Shown here piece by piece: positions 1-9,671 of a stretch of DNA of 64,000 nucleotides. The position numbers were made by a program, and so were the translations under genes. Under the pieces are notes generated by a model, which was given only the letters and a program-made list of their open reading frames with translations, searched no databases and had not been told where the DNA came from. Positions within the stretch are counted from its first letter, which is position 1. The number at the start of each line of letters is the position of its first letter. Source of the stretch: Candidatus Bathyarchaeota archaeon (lineage in GTDB: Archaea; Thermoproteota; Bathyarchaeia; 40CM-2-53-6; DTDX01); NCBI GenBank assembly GCA_018396775.1, contig JAGTRF010000006.1, positions 17,368-81,367 of the forward strand. The letters run 5' to 3'.

Positions 1-53
1 TTAGAAAAAATTTGAATGAAGTTTCCAGTAGCAAAAAAGATTTAGAAGTAAAT

Positions 54-383
54 TCACTTGTTTTCTTCAGCTTTCTTCATTATTTCTTCAGATATTTGCT
101 CTATGGTTTTTCCTTCAGTTTCTATTCCAAGCTTTTTAGCTGCTTCTATAAGAGCTTTCTTTTCTTTTTCTTCAACAACGCTTTGAACAGGGTTCTCTTG
201 TGGTGGTAAAGGCTTAGCGGTTGAAGCTGGTGAAAGCCCCTCCAGCATGCCTTCTGAAGCTCGTTTATATTCTCTTATAGCTTGTCCAACGGATTTAGCT
301 AATTCAGGAAGCTTCTTTGGACCAAATAATATTAAAACTATTAAGATAATTAAGGCTATTTCCCAAGGACCAATAAATGGCAT
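54..383 (-). CDS. tatA: Twin-arginine translocase subunit TatA/E; start placed at internal Met (MPFIGPW...)
   Basis: N-terminal MPFIGPWEIALIILIVLILFGPKKLPELAKSVGQAIREYK matches the TatA TM helix plus amphipathic helix signature. GGAG lies ~9 nt upstream of this ATG on the minus strand. Confidence 0.7.
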   Translation of the reverse strand: MPFIGPWEIALIILIVLILFGPKKLPELAKSVGQAIREYKRASEGMLEGLSPASTAKPLPPQENPVQSVVEEKEKKALIEAAKKLGIETEGKTIEQISEEIMKKAEENK

Positions 384-532
384 TTTAAAGCATCTCCAAT
401 AATCTCTAGAAGAATAAAACAAATATATAAACTATTCTCTTATAAAAGCAAATCAATAGTGGTTATTCGTTAATTAAAAGCTTACATTTAAATTTTTTAA
501 CATAGCTATTAATTTAGTGAAGTGAATTTAAA

Positions 533-1165
533 ATGAAAGAAGAAAAGTTTTATGAGCTTTTTGATAAGCATAATGATAGCGTTTTTGAAGCTTTAAAAGC
601 TTTATGCGCTTCTATTGAAGAAGCATGCAAAGGAAATTTAGAGAAAGCTTCTTTAAAAGCTCAAAAAGTTATAGAGCTTGAACATATAGATGACTCTTTA
701 ATGGAGGAGTTAAAAGAGGAGTTGTTTAAAGGCGCTTTACTAAAATACTCTATTGAAGATTACTTTATGTTAATTGAAGCTGTTGAAAAAATTTTAGATA
801 GAGGCGAAATTGTAGCTAGGCATATTCTTCTGCTTGAAAATCTTCCTCCACCAAGAGAAATCGTTGATTTAGGCTTAAAATTAAGCAAAACATTGTTTGA
901 AGCTTCGCAAATATTTAATGAAGCTTTAAAAGTTTTTTCAGAAAATTTTAATGAAGCTGTAAAAAAAGCTAGAAAAGTTAGAGAGTTAAGAGATAACATA
1001 ATAAACGATGAATTTAATTTAATTAAACTACTATTAAACGTAAATGCTGATTACAAAACAGTTATGGTTTATAAAGATGTTTTCTCTATTTTAGCTAGAA
1101 CTTCAGAAACAATAACGAATGCTGCTAGCGTTCTTCAAACAATAATCGCGAAATACAGCATTTAA
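533..1165 (+). CDS. DUF47/PhoU-like helical protein (phosphate-transport-regulator-related family)
   Basis: About 210 aa, all-helical, acidic, with a repeated-helix composition typical of DUF47/PhoU-like proteins. Assigned by overall resemblance only. Confidence 0.4.
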   Translation: MKEEKFYELFDKHNDSVFEALKALCASIEEACKGNLEKASLKAQKVIELEHIDDSLMEELKEELFKGALLKYSIEDYFMLIEAVEKILDRGEIVARHILLLENLPPPREIVDLGLKLSKTLFEASQIFNEALKVFSENFNEAVKKARKVRELRDNIINDEFNLIKLLLNVNADYKTVMVYKDVFSILARTSETITNAASVLQTIIAKYSI

Positions 1166-1197
1166 AGCTTTTAAAATCTGCTTTAAGATTTATATTT

Positions 1198-1623
1198 TTA
1201 AACCTCCACTATAAGAGTTACTTTAATTTTTTGATTTGGATTCTTCAGTTTTTCAATAAACTCTCTTGATAAATCTAATGCAGCTTTATTAGCGAGAATC
1301 ATTAAAGTTCTATCGCATATATAATTGCTTTTTCTAAAAACTAAATCTTTAGGGTGAAGAAAAGATAAATTTTCGCTTCCTCTTCCATAAACTGTTTCTT
1401 TTAATTCATCAGCTTCTAATTCAACTTTTATCAAAGCTTCATTAGATTTAGCTAATTCTTTAAAATCTTTTGATAAATCAAAAATACTTTTATCAGCTCG
1501 AACAGCTATAATACAGTTTCCTTTATAACTTAATTTTTCATCTTTCGTAATTTCAAATGTTGATTTATGAGTTGCAAGAATTTTTTTATGGCCATAAGCT
1601 GAAATATACTCGTAAACCCTCAA
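1198..1623 (-). CDS. DUF371-family archaeal protein
   Basis: N-terminus MRVYEYISAYGHKKILATHKSTFEITKDE resembles the conserved GH.NI.A.H.TT.EITKD start of DUF371 proteins; length ~140 aa. Confidence 0.45.
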   Translation of the reverse strand: MRVYEYISAYGHKKILATHKSTFEITKDEKLSYKGNCIIAVRADKSIFDLSKDFKELAKSNEALIKVELEADELKETVYGRGSENLSFLHPKDLVFRKSNYICDRTLMILANKAALDLSREFIEKLKNPNQKIKVTLIVEV

Positions 1624-1678
1624 TTTTAAATATAGCCTCCGCTTAATTTTATTTTAATTTAAAAGACGGTTAAGTTTT

Positions 1679-2371
1679 ATGGTTTTAAATCAAGATTTTT
1701 CAGAGTTAAGAAAACGTCTTGTAGAATCTTTAAAAAGAGAAGGGATTATAAAAACTAGGGAAGTAATGGAGGCTATGCTAGCGGTTCCAAGAGAAGAATT
1801 TATTCCTGAAGAGTTAAGAAGTGAAGCATACATGGATTATCCTTTACCTATAGGATATGGAAAAACAATAAGCGCACCGCATATGGTAGCTATAATGAAT
1901 GAAGCTTTAAAGCTAAAGCCTGGGTTAAAAGTTTTAGAAGTGGGAGCTGGAAGCGGATATCATGCAGCTACAATAGCTGAAATTGTAGCACCTAAAAAAG
2001 AAAACTTTCCAAAAGGTCACGTTTACACTATAGAAATAGTTCCAGAGTTAGCTAAATTCGCTGAAAAAAACCTAAGAAAACTAAGCTATAATGATTATGT
2101 AACAGTTATTATTGGTGATGGTTCACTAGGATATGAAAACGAAGCTCCCTATGATAGAATACTAGTTACAGCAGCTGCCTCAAAAATCCCTGAACCTTTA
2201 ATAAAACAACTTAAAAATGGAGGAATTTTAATTATTCCTGTTGGAAGCTTTTACGGTTATCAGTCCCTTCTTTCTGTAAAAAAAACTATAGAGGGGAAAA
2301 TTTCTATTGAAGATTTAGGAGGATGCGCTTTTGTTCCGCTGCTTGGAAAGCATGGGTTTCACATTATGTGA
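1679..2371 (+). CDS. pcm: Protein-L-isoaspartate O-methyltransferase
   Basis: Motifs ISAPHMVA and VLEVGAGSGY (SAM-binding) plus C-terminal ILIIPVG; ~230 aa, typical of PIMT. Confidence 0.8.
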   Translation: MVLNQDFSELRKRLVESLKREGIIKTREVMEAMLAVPREEFIPEELRSEAYMDYPLPIGYGKTISAPHMVAIMNEALKLKPGLKVLEVGAGSGYHAATIAEIVAPKKENFPKGHVYTIEIVPELAKFAEKNLRKLSYNDYVTVIIGDGSLGYENEAPYDRILVTAAASKIPEPLIKQLKNGGILIIPVGSFYGYQSLLSVKKTIEGKISIEDLGGCAFVPLLGKHGFHIM

Positions 2372-2422
2372 GTTTTTCTTTTTTTAACTGTTTAAAATGT
2401 TTAAATTTTTCTAAAAAGCTTT

Positions 2423-3454
2423 TTAACCAAAGAAGGATTCTAACGTTCTTTTTTCTTGAGTTAAACCTAGAGCCATTTTTTCAAGAGCGGTTTTAACCCT
2501 GCTTTCTGAAAAATCTCTTTCACGGCATAGAAATTGAATTACCCCATCTATATTAGGTTTACTCCATTTTACTACGTATTGCTCTTCCACTTTAGGTTTT
2601 AAAAACAATTCTCTAATTTCAAAAAAGTTTTCTGGAATCTTTTCAAGCTTAATAGCTTCAAGTTTCCCATATTCCTTAATAAGCTTTAAAGCTGTTTTAG
2701 GGCCTATCCCTTTTACTCCTTCAGGGTTATAATCTGTCCCTATTAATATCGCTAAATCAATTAGCTGTTCTCTTGTTAACTTAAGCTCCTCAAGAATCTT
2801 ATTCAATTCAATAAGCTCAAGCTCAACTTCAACATAAACATTTTTTTTAGGAAGCTTTCTTTTACCGCTTATTGCTAAATTTCTAACAAGCCTAGGAGCA
2901 CCGAAAAGTAGAGAATCGTAATCTTGGCTTGAGGCGCACCAAGCATCGTTTTTAATAGCTATATAAGCAGCTTGAGCTTCCCCTTCTGAAGGGGCTTGAA
3001 CCCATGGTACCCCAAGCAAATTTAATAACTGCTTAGCCTCTTCAACCATTTCATCTTTAAGCTTAGCGCTTATTTGAGCGTATTTTCTAGCCTCTTCAAA
3101 AGCTCCTTTTTTAACAGCTTCCTCATATTTTATTATAGCTTCTTCTTTAATTTCTAATCTTCGCTTTAACTCCACTTCCTTTAAAGCTGGGGGTTTACCA
3201 TCAAAAACGTAAACAGGTTTAACGCCTTTCTCAAGTAAGTTTGATGTTCTATAAAGCAACCCGCTTAAATGGCTGGTTACTCTTCCATGGCTATCCATTA
3301 AAGGTTCACCTGAAACGCTTCTAATAATTGTGAGAAATTGGTAAAGCGCATTATAAGCGTCAATAGCTACAACTCTACCTCTAAGATCATCAAAAGTTAT
3401 TTTCTTTTTAGAAATTAAATCTCCTAAATTAACTCCCAAAAATGGAAACCTCAA
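2423..3454 (-). CDS. fen: Flap endonuclease 1
   Basis: Shows the XPG-N and XPG-I domain pattern (AIDAYNALYQFL, VYVFDGKPP, GTDYNP) and a C-terminal PIP-like tail. At 343 aa the length is typical for archaeal FEN-1. Confidence 0.85.
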   Translation of the reverse strand: MRFPFLGVNLGDLISKKKITFDDLRGRVVAIDAYNALYQFLTIIRSVSGEPLMDSHGRVTSHLSGLLYRTSNLLEKGVKPVYVFDGKPPALKEVELKRRLEIKEEAIIKYEEAVKKGAFEEARKYAQISAKLKDEMVEEAKQLLNLLGVPWVQAPSEGEAQAAYIAIKNDAWCASSQDYDSLLFGAPRLVRNLAISGKRKLPKKNVYVEVELELIELNKILEELKLTREQLIDLAILIGTDYNPEGVKGIGPKTALKLIKEYGKLEAIKLEKIPENFFEIRELFLKPKVEEQYVVKWSKPNIDGVIQFLCRERDFSESRVKTALEKMALGLTQEKRTLESFFG

Positions 3455-3687
3455 AACCTTTACTAAATTAAATTTCTTTAAAATAATATATGAATTTTCT
3501 CTTGTAAAGCTTTGAAAATGTTAAAAATCAATTTCTTAAGTTTTCAATATGTTGAAAAAATTGTTGTAAAGCAGCTTTTCAACTATTTTATAAAAATTAA
3601 ATAAATTTTTAGCTGAAAATCTTTTTATATGTTAAAGCAATATCTTCTTTAAGGGGATTTTAAACCTTTACAATTGGAGATTCTTTT

Positions 3688-4929
3688 ATGAATTTAACAA
3701 GTTCATCTCAGGTTCCGATTTGTGTTTTATGTAAAGGAGGGCGAATGCTTTGCGGTAAATCCCGCTGCCCAATTATTGCTAAAGCTTTCTCTTTAACTAA
3801 ATGCTATAAGCTTATTGACTCTGAAACCATTTATGGTTCAAGCCCTCCAGGAGTGTTTGTTGGATGGGTTGGTTACCCTAAAGTAAGCGTTGGCCCCTTA
3901 ATTCCTCCTCAACAAGGAGATACTAAAATTTTAGATTTTCCAGAAATGTGGATTGGAAAAACTATAGATGAAATCATAGATTTTAGATCGATGTTAATTA
4001 GAGGGAAAGTTTTAACGAATATTAATGCAGCTTTAAACGCTGATAAATTTTTATCTTCTCTTCAAGAATTAGCGATGAGCTGCTCTTCCGTGGATGCTTT
4101 AGCTATTTTTAAAAAGAAGCCTAAAGGAACAATTGTTTTAAGCGATGAAACTCAACCATTTGGGCCTTCAGCGCCTTTAAAGCATTTAGAATTAGGTAAC
4201 CCTAGCGTTAACCAAAAAATTGAGAAAGCTTACTTCGATAAGGATTTAAAAGCTTTTGAAGCTGTAATAACGCTTTATAAAGCTGGAGAACCGGTTACTT
4301 CAATTCAAAAATGCTTCAGCTTAGGTATGTTTGGTTTAAGTTTTAAAAGAAAGCTTGTTCCAACAAGATGGAGCATAACAGCTGTTGATGACGCCATTTC
4401 TAAGCATTTAGTAAACGAATTAAAAAACTTTGAAACAATAAATGAATATCAAGTTTATGTTTTCAAAAATTTAGATAACATTTTTCTAGCGGTTTTAATG
4501 CCTGAAAAATGGAGTTTCGAGTGGATTGAAGCTTGGTTTCCTGGAACAGCTTGGAATAAAAATGGAGGAAAACCCGCTTTAATGGGTGATTATGAAGGTT
4601 ATAAAGGGAGATTTGAGTATGCTAGCGTTGGAGGATGCTATTATGCAGCTAGACTTGCTGTTGCTGAAAAACTTTTTAAAGAAAGAAAGCAGGCTTCAGC
4701 TTTAATTTTAAGAGAAATTCACCCAGGTTACATTTTACCAGTTGGAGTATGGAATGTTAGAGAAAGCGTTAGAAAAGCTTTGCTTACTAAACCTCAGCTT
4801 TTTGATTCATTAGAAAAATCTTTAAAATATGCTGAAAAGCATTTAACTATTAAAATTAGTGATTGGATAGCAAGCAGCGTTATGTTAAAACAAATGCTTC
4901 ACCAGAAAAAGTTGATTAAATTCTTTTAA
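3688..4929 (+). CDS. nreA: NreA-like archaeal DNA repair protein (DUF650/DUF651 family) with N-terminal C4 zinc finger
   Basis: N-terminal CVLCKGGRMLCGKSRCP zinc-ribbon followed by a ~400-aa body, the architecture of archaeal Nre proteins. Assigned from memory of the family. Confidence 0.5.
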   Translation: MNLTSSSQVPICVLCKGGRMLCGKSRCPIIAKAFSLTKCYKLIDSETIYGSSPPGVFVGWVGYPKVSVGPLIPPQQGDTKILDFPEMWIGKTIDEIIDFRSMLIRGKVLTNINAALNADKFLSSLQELAMSCSSVDALAIFKKKPKGTIVLSDETQPFGPSAPLKHLELGNPSVNQKIEKAYFDKDLKAFEAVITLYKAGEPVTSIQKCFSLGMFGLSFKRKLVPTRWSITAVDDAISKHLVNELKNFETINEYQVYVFKNLDNIFLAVLMPEKWSFEWIEAWFPGTAWNKNGGKPALMGDYEGYKGRFEYASVGGCYYAARLAVAEKLFKERKQASALILREIHPGYILPVGVWNVRESVRKALLTKPQLFDSLEKSLKYAEKHLTIKISDWIASSVMLKQMLHQKKLIKFF

Positions 4930-4960
4930 TCCTATTTTATATAGAAGAGAGAAGCTAAAA

Positions 4961-5797
4961 TTGAAAATAATTGAAGTTGAATGTTCATCAGGTTTAGTTT
5001 TAAGCAAGCTTCCAGGGTTAAATTATTGTTTAAATCCCTATATTGGTTGTGAACATGGATGTAAATATTGTTACGTTCCATCAATGTTAAGAGATGAAGA
5101 AGTAGCTTTAAACTGGGGGCAAATAATTAAACCAAAAATAAATCTGCTTGAAGTTTTAACTAAAGAGGTTAAAAAAAGAAGAAAAGGAACAGTGGGCATA
5201 AGCACTTCAACAGACCCATATCAACCTCTAGAAAAAAAATATAACTTAACTCGAAGAAGTTTAGAAGTCCTTAAAAATGAAGGTTTCCCTATTTCTATTC
5301 AAACTAAATCAAGTTTAATTCTTCGCGATTTAGATGTAATTTATTCAAATTTATTTGATGTAGGGGTAACAATAACAACTTTAAACCAAGAGTTAGCTGA
5401 AAAACTTGAACCTAAATCTTCAAAACCTGATGAAAGAGCTCAAATTCTTGAGGAGTGCTCTTCAAAAAAAATTCAAACATGGCTTTTTTATGGTCCAATA
5501 ATACCTGAAGTTAATGATGATTATGAAACAATTATAAAAATAGTTAAGTTAGCTGAAAAAACAAAAAGTAAAATAATTTATGATAAGTTAAACCTTAAAA
5601 AACTGGTTTTAAAATCTTTAAAACCTTTTCTTGAACAGTGGAATCCAACGCTTGTTGAGAAGCTTCCAGCTTTAATTAAATCACAATTAAGGTGGAGTAA
5701 AATATTTGCTAAAATTGAATCTTTATGCTTTGAATTTAATGTTCAAGTTGAACCTGCCTTTCCTGAAAAAATTAAGTTAACACATTACTTCCGTTAA
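4961..5797 (+). CDS. Radical SAM protein, SplB/'DNA repair photolyase'-like
   Basis: CEHGCKYC (CxxxCxxC) radical SAM motif near the N-terminus and an SPL-like length (~278 aa). TTG start; overlaps no other gene. Confidence 0.55.
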   Translation: MKIIEVECSSGLVLSKLPGLNYCLNPYIGCEHGCKYCYVPSMLRDEEVALNWGQIIKPKINLLEVLTKEVKKRRKGTVGISTSTDPYQPLEKKYNLTRRSLEVLKNEGFPISIQTKSSLILRDLDVIYSNLFDVGVTITTLNQELAEKLEPKSSKPDERAQILEECSSKKIQTWLFYGPIIPEVNDDYETIIKIVKLAEKTKSKIIYDKLNLKKLVLKSLKPFLEQWNPTLVEKLPALIKSQLRWSKIFAKIESLCFEFNVQVEPAFPEKIKLTHYFR

Positions 5798-5900
5798 CTA
5801 AATCATTCTTTCATAAAATGGTTTAGTTTTATAAACAAAATTTTAAACTTGAATGCTTGAAGATTTATTATTTTCAGAAATTTAAAATATCTTTCATATC

Positions 5901-8900
5901 GTGATAAAAATGACGCTTAATAAAATTAGAAAAAGAGATGGAAGAATAGTAGATTTCGATTCCGGAAGAATTAGAGATGCTATTCATAGAGCTTTTATTG
6001 CTGTAGAGCTTGGCAATGGAGAAAAAGCTGAGGAAGTAGCCAATGAAGTTGTTAAACTTTTAGAAGAAAAATTTAAATATGAAATTCCATCAGTAGAAGA
6101 TGCTCAAGATTTAGTTATAAAAGTTTTAAAGAACAAAGGGTATGAAAAAGTTGCAGAAGAATATCAAGTTTATAGAGAAAGAAAAAATGAGATAAGAAGT
6201 TTAAGAGAGAAGCTTGGTTTTCTTGAGCCTAAATTAACAGTTAACGCATTAGAGGTTTTAAAATCAAGATATTTATTGAGAAATGAATTTGGAGAAGTAA
6301 TTGAGACTCCAGATCAAATGTTTATGAGAGTGGCTAAAGCAATTTCAAAAGTTGACGCAATGTATGGAGAAGACCTAAAGAAGAGTGAAAAAATATTTTA
6401 TAATATGATGGCTAAACTTGAGTTTTTACCGAATTCACCTACGCTTTTTAACGCTGGAACAAGCTTAGGGCAATTATCAGCATGCTTTGTTTTACCTATT
6501 GAAGATTCTTTAAAAAGCATATTTAAAGCTGTAATGGATATGGCTTTAATTGAGCAAAGCGGTGGGGGGGTTGGATTTGATTTTTCAAAGCTTAGACCTA
6601 AAGGTGATATTGTGAAATCTACGGCAGGAGTTGCTTCTGGACCGGTAAGCTTTATGCGAGTTTTCGATGTAGCAACAGATGTGATAAAAGCTGGTGGAAG
6701 AAGAAGAGGAGCTATGATGGGAATTTTAAGAGTTGATCACCCGGATATAATCGAATTTATAATAGTGAAGCAAACTTCAGGCATTTTATCTAATTTTAAT
6801 ATTTCAGTTGCAATTACAGATGAGTTTATGGATAAACTTGAGAAAGATGAAGAATATTGGTTAATTAATCCAAGAAATAAAGAAAAAGTAAAAAAACTTA
6901 AAGCTAGAAAAATTTGGGATTTAATTATTGAATCTGCTTGGAAAAGCGGAGATCCTGGAATAATATTTATTGATGAAGTCAATAGACATAATCCAACTCC
7001 AGAAGCTGGTAAAATTGAGGCAACTAACCCATGTCTTCCATCCTATGCTTGGATTATGACTGAACAAGGTCCTAAACAAGTATCTGACTTAATAAATAAA
7101 AAATTTATTGCAATTGTTAATGGAGAAAGATGGAGTTCAAGTTTTGAAGGCTTCTTTCAAACAGGTGTGAAGCCTATTTATAAGTTATTAACTAAAGAAG
7201 GGTTTGAGTTATATTTAACAAAAAACCATTTAGTTATGAAGGTTAAGGAAGAAGCAAATGGTATTAAATTTAAATGGGTTAAAGCAGAAAATTTAAGAAA
7301 AGGAGATAAAATCCTCTTAAACAGTCATGCCTCAATAGATTTTTGGGAAGGCTTATATTCATTTGAAGAAGGATATTTTACAGCATCGCTTATAACAGCT
7401 AACAATTTTAAAAATGAATGCACTTTTAGCGATGAAATTCAATTAAGCAATAGTTGCATGCTTGAAAGCTGCATTACAATTAATTTGATAGAGAAGGCTT
7501 CATCAAGATTTTGTAAAGGTTTAATAGCTGGTTTATTCGATGCAAACAGTTTCATTAAGAAAGGAAAAGAAAGATTCATTATAGGGTTTACTCAAACTAA
7601 CGTTGAATTGCTTAAAGCAATTCAACGCATGCTTCTTAGACTTGGAATATACTCTAAAATTCGTTTTAAAAAAAATAATAAAACTTTAAAAAATAGTATT
7701 ACTAAACCTAACTATGAGCTGGTAATTTATTCAAAAGAAAGCATTTTGCATTTTATTCAAAAAATAGATTTTAAAGATTTAAAGAAGAAGAGGAAAATTC
7801 AAAATTTAATAAAGAATTGTGAAAAGCTGGAGGTTAAGGAGCATTTTACAGCAACATTTGAAAAATTGATTTTTAATAGTGTAGAGCCGACTTATGATGT
7901 TAAAATCCCTGGATTAAACGCTTTCGATGCGAACGGATTTTACGTGCATAATTGTGGAGAGCAACCATTGCTGCCATATGAATCATGCAATTTAGGTTCA
8001 ATAAATCTTTCAAGAATGGTTGAAAATAAAGAAATAAATTGGAATAAACTTAAAGAAACTGTGAGAAATGCTGTGCACTTCCTTGACAACGTAATTGACG
8101 CGAACATATATCCATTAAAAGAAATAGAGGAGGTTACTAAAGCTAATAGAAAGATAGGGTTAGGAGTTATGGGGTTTGCAGATATGCTTATAAAGCTTGA
8201 AGTCCCATATAATTCAAAAACAGCTTTAAATATTGCTGAAAAAATTATGAAGTTTATAACTGATACTGCTAGAGAAAAATCTATGGAGCTAGGTGAGGAA
8301 AGAGGTTCATTCCCAAATTTTGAAAAAAGCATTTGGAAAAATGAATATTCAGCTATGAGAAATGCGACTGTAACTACTATAGCGCCTACAGGAAGCATAA
8401 GCATAATAGCTGGATGCTCATCTGGAATAGAACCTTTATTCGCAATTTCATTTATAAGAAATGTTTTAGGTGGAAAAAGGCTTTTTGAAATAAATCCATT
8501 ATTTGAGTTAATAGCAAAACAAAAAGGATTTTATAATGCTAAGCTTCTTGAAGAAGTGGCAAAAACAGGTTCTGTACAAAAAATTACTGAAGTACCTAAG
8601 GAAGTTAAAAAAAATTTTGTTACAGCTTTAGATATTTCTCCAGAATGGCATATTAAAATGCAAGCTGCTTTCCAAAAATATACTGATAACGCTGTTTCAA
8701 AAACAGTTAATTTACCTTATGATGCAAGTGTAAATGATGTTAAAAAAATTTTTGAGTTAGCATGGAAGCTTAAATGCAAAGGAGTAACTATATTCAGATA
8801 TGGAAGCAAACCAGAACAAGTTTTATATGTAGGAAAAGTTAAAGCTAAAAAGAAGAAGTTTATTGCTGCAGAAGCGGAGTATGCTGGAGGATGCCCAACA

Positions 8901-8921
8901 AAAACATGCCCCTTCCCATAA
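5901..8921 (+). CDS. nrdJ: Class II (adenosylcobalamin-dependent) ribonucleoside reductase with ATP-cone, interrupted by an in-frame intein
   Basis: N-terminal ATP-cone (VIKRDGR-like KIRKRDGRIVDFD). The conserved TNP|CGEQP active-site motif is split by 307 codons. C-terminal CPTKTCPFP cysteine tail. GTG start at 5901 (ATG at 5910). Confidence 0.85.
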   Translation: MIKMTLNKIRKRDGRIVDFDSGRIRDAIHRAFIAVELGNGEKAEEVANEVVKLLEEKFKYEIPSVEDAQDLVIKVLKNKGYEKVAEEYQVYRERKNEIRSLREKLGFLEPKLTVNALEVLKSRYLLRNEFGEVIETPDQMFMRVAKAISKVDAMYGEDLKKSEKIFYNMMAKLEFLPNSPTLFNAGTSLGQLSACFVLPIEDSLKSIFKAVMDMALIEQSGGGVGFDFSKLRPKGDIVKSTAGVASGPVSFMRVFDVATDVIKAGGRRRGAMMGILRVDHPDIIEFIIVKQTSGILSNFNISVAITDEFMDKLEKDEEYWLINPRNKEKVKKLKARKIWDLIIESAWKSGDPGIIFIDEVNRHNPTPEAGKIEATNPCLPSYAWIMTEQGPKQVSDLINKKFIAIVNGERWSSSFEGFFQTGVKPIYKLLTKEGFELYLTKNHLVMKVKEEANGIKFKWVKAENLRKGDKILLNSHASIDFWEGLYSFEEGYFTASLITANNFKNECTFSDEIQLSNSCMLESCITINLIEKASSRFCKGLIAGLFDANSFIKKGKERFIIGFTQTNVELLKAIQRMLLRLGIYSKIRFKKNNKTLKNSITKPNYELVIYSKESILHFIQKIDFKDLKKKRKIQNLIKNCEKLEVKEHFTATFEKLIFNSVEPTYDVKIPGLNAFDANGFYVHNCGEQPLLPYESCNLGSINLSRMVENKEINWNKLKETVRNAVHFLDNVIDANIYPLKEIEEVTKANRKIGLGVMGFADMLIKLEVPYNSKTALNIAEKIMKFITDTAREKSMELGEERGSFPNFEKSIWKNEYSAMRNATVTTIAPTGSISIIAGCSSGIEPLFAISFIRNVLGGKRLFEINPLFELIAKQKGFYNAKLLEEVAKTGSVQKITEVPKEVKKNFVTALDISPEWHIKMQAAFQKYTDNAVSKTVNLPYDASVNDVKKIFELAWKLKCKGVTIFRYGSKPEQVLYVGKVKAKKKKFIAAEAEYAGGCPTKTCPFP
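7032..7952 (+). mobile_element. Intein (307 aa) with LAGLIDADG homing-endonuclease domain inside nrdJ
   Basis: Begins with Cys (CLPSYAWI) directly after ...ATNP and ends ...FYVHN before CGEQPLL (the +1 Cys). Internal GLIAGLFDANS matches a LAGLIDADG motif. The extein sequence rejoins to the canonical NPCGE. Confidence 0.85.
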
Positions 8922-9015
8922 TAAAGCAAAATTTTAAACCAATTTAACAATTAACCTTAAAATATTAAAAATGAAGACTTAAAAACGATAACTATAAATT
9001 TATCGAAGTTTAAGT

Positions 9016-9222
9016 ATGAATCCTTCATATGAAGGGGGAAGAGAATTGAGCGAGGTGGAGATGCCTAAATGCAATTGGTGTGGAAGGTTAATTCTGCCAG
9101 GAGAAGCAGCTACAAAGTTCCCTTGCCCAAACTGTGGGGAAATAATTATTTGGCGATGCAAAAAATGCAGAGGTTTTGGAAGAGTTTATAAATGCGTTAA
9201 ATGTGGTTTTACAGGTCCGTAA
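9016..9222 (+). CDS. Zn-ribbon RNA-binding protein (COG2888-like); true start may be the internal Met at 9061
   Basis: Paired CxxC motifs: CNWCG...CPNCG...CKKCR...CVKCG. This family classically sits next to aEF-1beta in archaea. Confidence 0.6.
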   Translation: MNPSYEGGRELSEVEMPKCNWCGRLILPGEAATKFPCPNCGEIIIWRCKKCRGFGRVYKCVKCGFTGP

Positions 9223-9236
9223 AAGGAGGATTATGA

Positions 9237-9506
9237 ATGGCAAAAGTTTTAACTTCAATTAAAATTTTCCCATCAAATCCTGAAGTTGATTTAACAAGCT
9301 TAAAGAATGAAGTTAAAAATAAACTTCCAAAAGAAGCTTCAGTAATTAGATTTGATGAGGACCCTATTGCGTTCGGTTTAATCGCTTTAATCGCTCATAT
9401 AACTACTCCAGAAAATGAACCTGAAAAAATAAATGAGGTTGAAGAAGCTTTAAAATCTTTAAAGGATGTAAGCGAAATTCAGATATTAAGCTCAACTAGA
9501 GTTTAG
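9237..9506 (+). CDS. ef1b: Elongation factor 1-beta (aEF-1beta)
   Basis: 89 aa; starts MAKVLTSIKIFPSNPEVDLTSLK and ends ILSSTRV, characteristic of archaeal EF-1beta. GGAGG RBS upstream. Confidence 0.8.
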   Translation: MAKVLTSIKIFPSNPEVDLTSLKNEVKNKLPKEASVIRFDEDPIAFGLIALIAHITTPENEPEKINEVEEALKSLKDVSEIQILSSTRV

Positions 9507-9671
9507 GTTTTTAAAGCTTTTATACCTAGTTAACCTTATTTTATTAAAGCTTGCTTTTTTTAAGCGTAAACATTAAAAGGAAGGAAGGCAAAAATTAATA
9601 ATTGCTAGTAAACTCATTATTTATAGTATTTATTTTTGTTTTTAATTTGATAGAGGAGGCGGTAAAAGCTT

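Noticed and set aside
760-999. Antisense or embedded ORFs. Examples: 760-999, 6737-6982, 7940-8404, 8717-8950, 14105-14362, 17432-18121, 18621-18830, 19269-19703, 21865-22107, 25620-25859, 26369-26647, 30531-31316, 38521-39126, 43117-43344, 50706-51553, 53088-54403, 55614-56332
   Set aside because: Each lies inside, and opposite to or out of frame with, a strongly supported gene. Each has low-complexity, hydrophobic or Ser/Leu/Phe-rich translations typical of AT-rich shadow frames.
5901-8921. nrdJ as a disrupted pseudogene
   Set aside because: The insertion is in-frame with intact intein splice-junction residues (Cys1, terminal His-Asn, +1 Cys), so the gene is expected to yield functional RNR after protein splicing.
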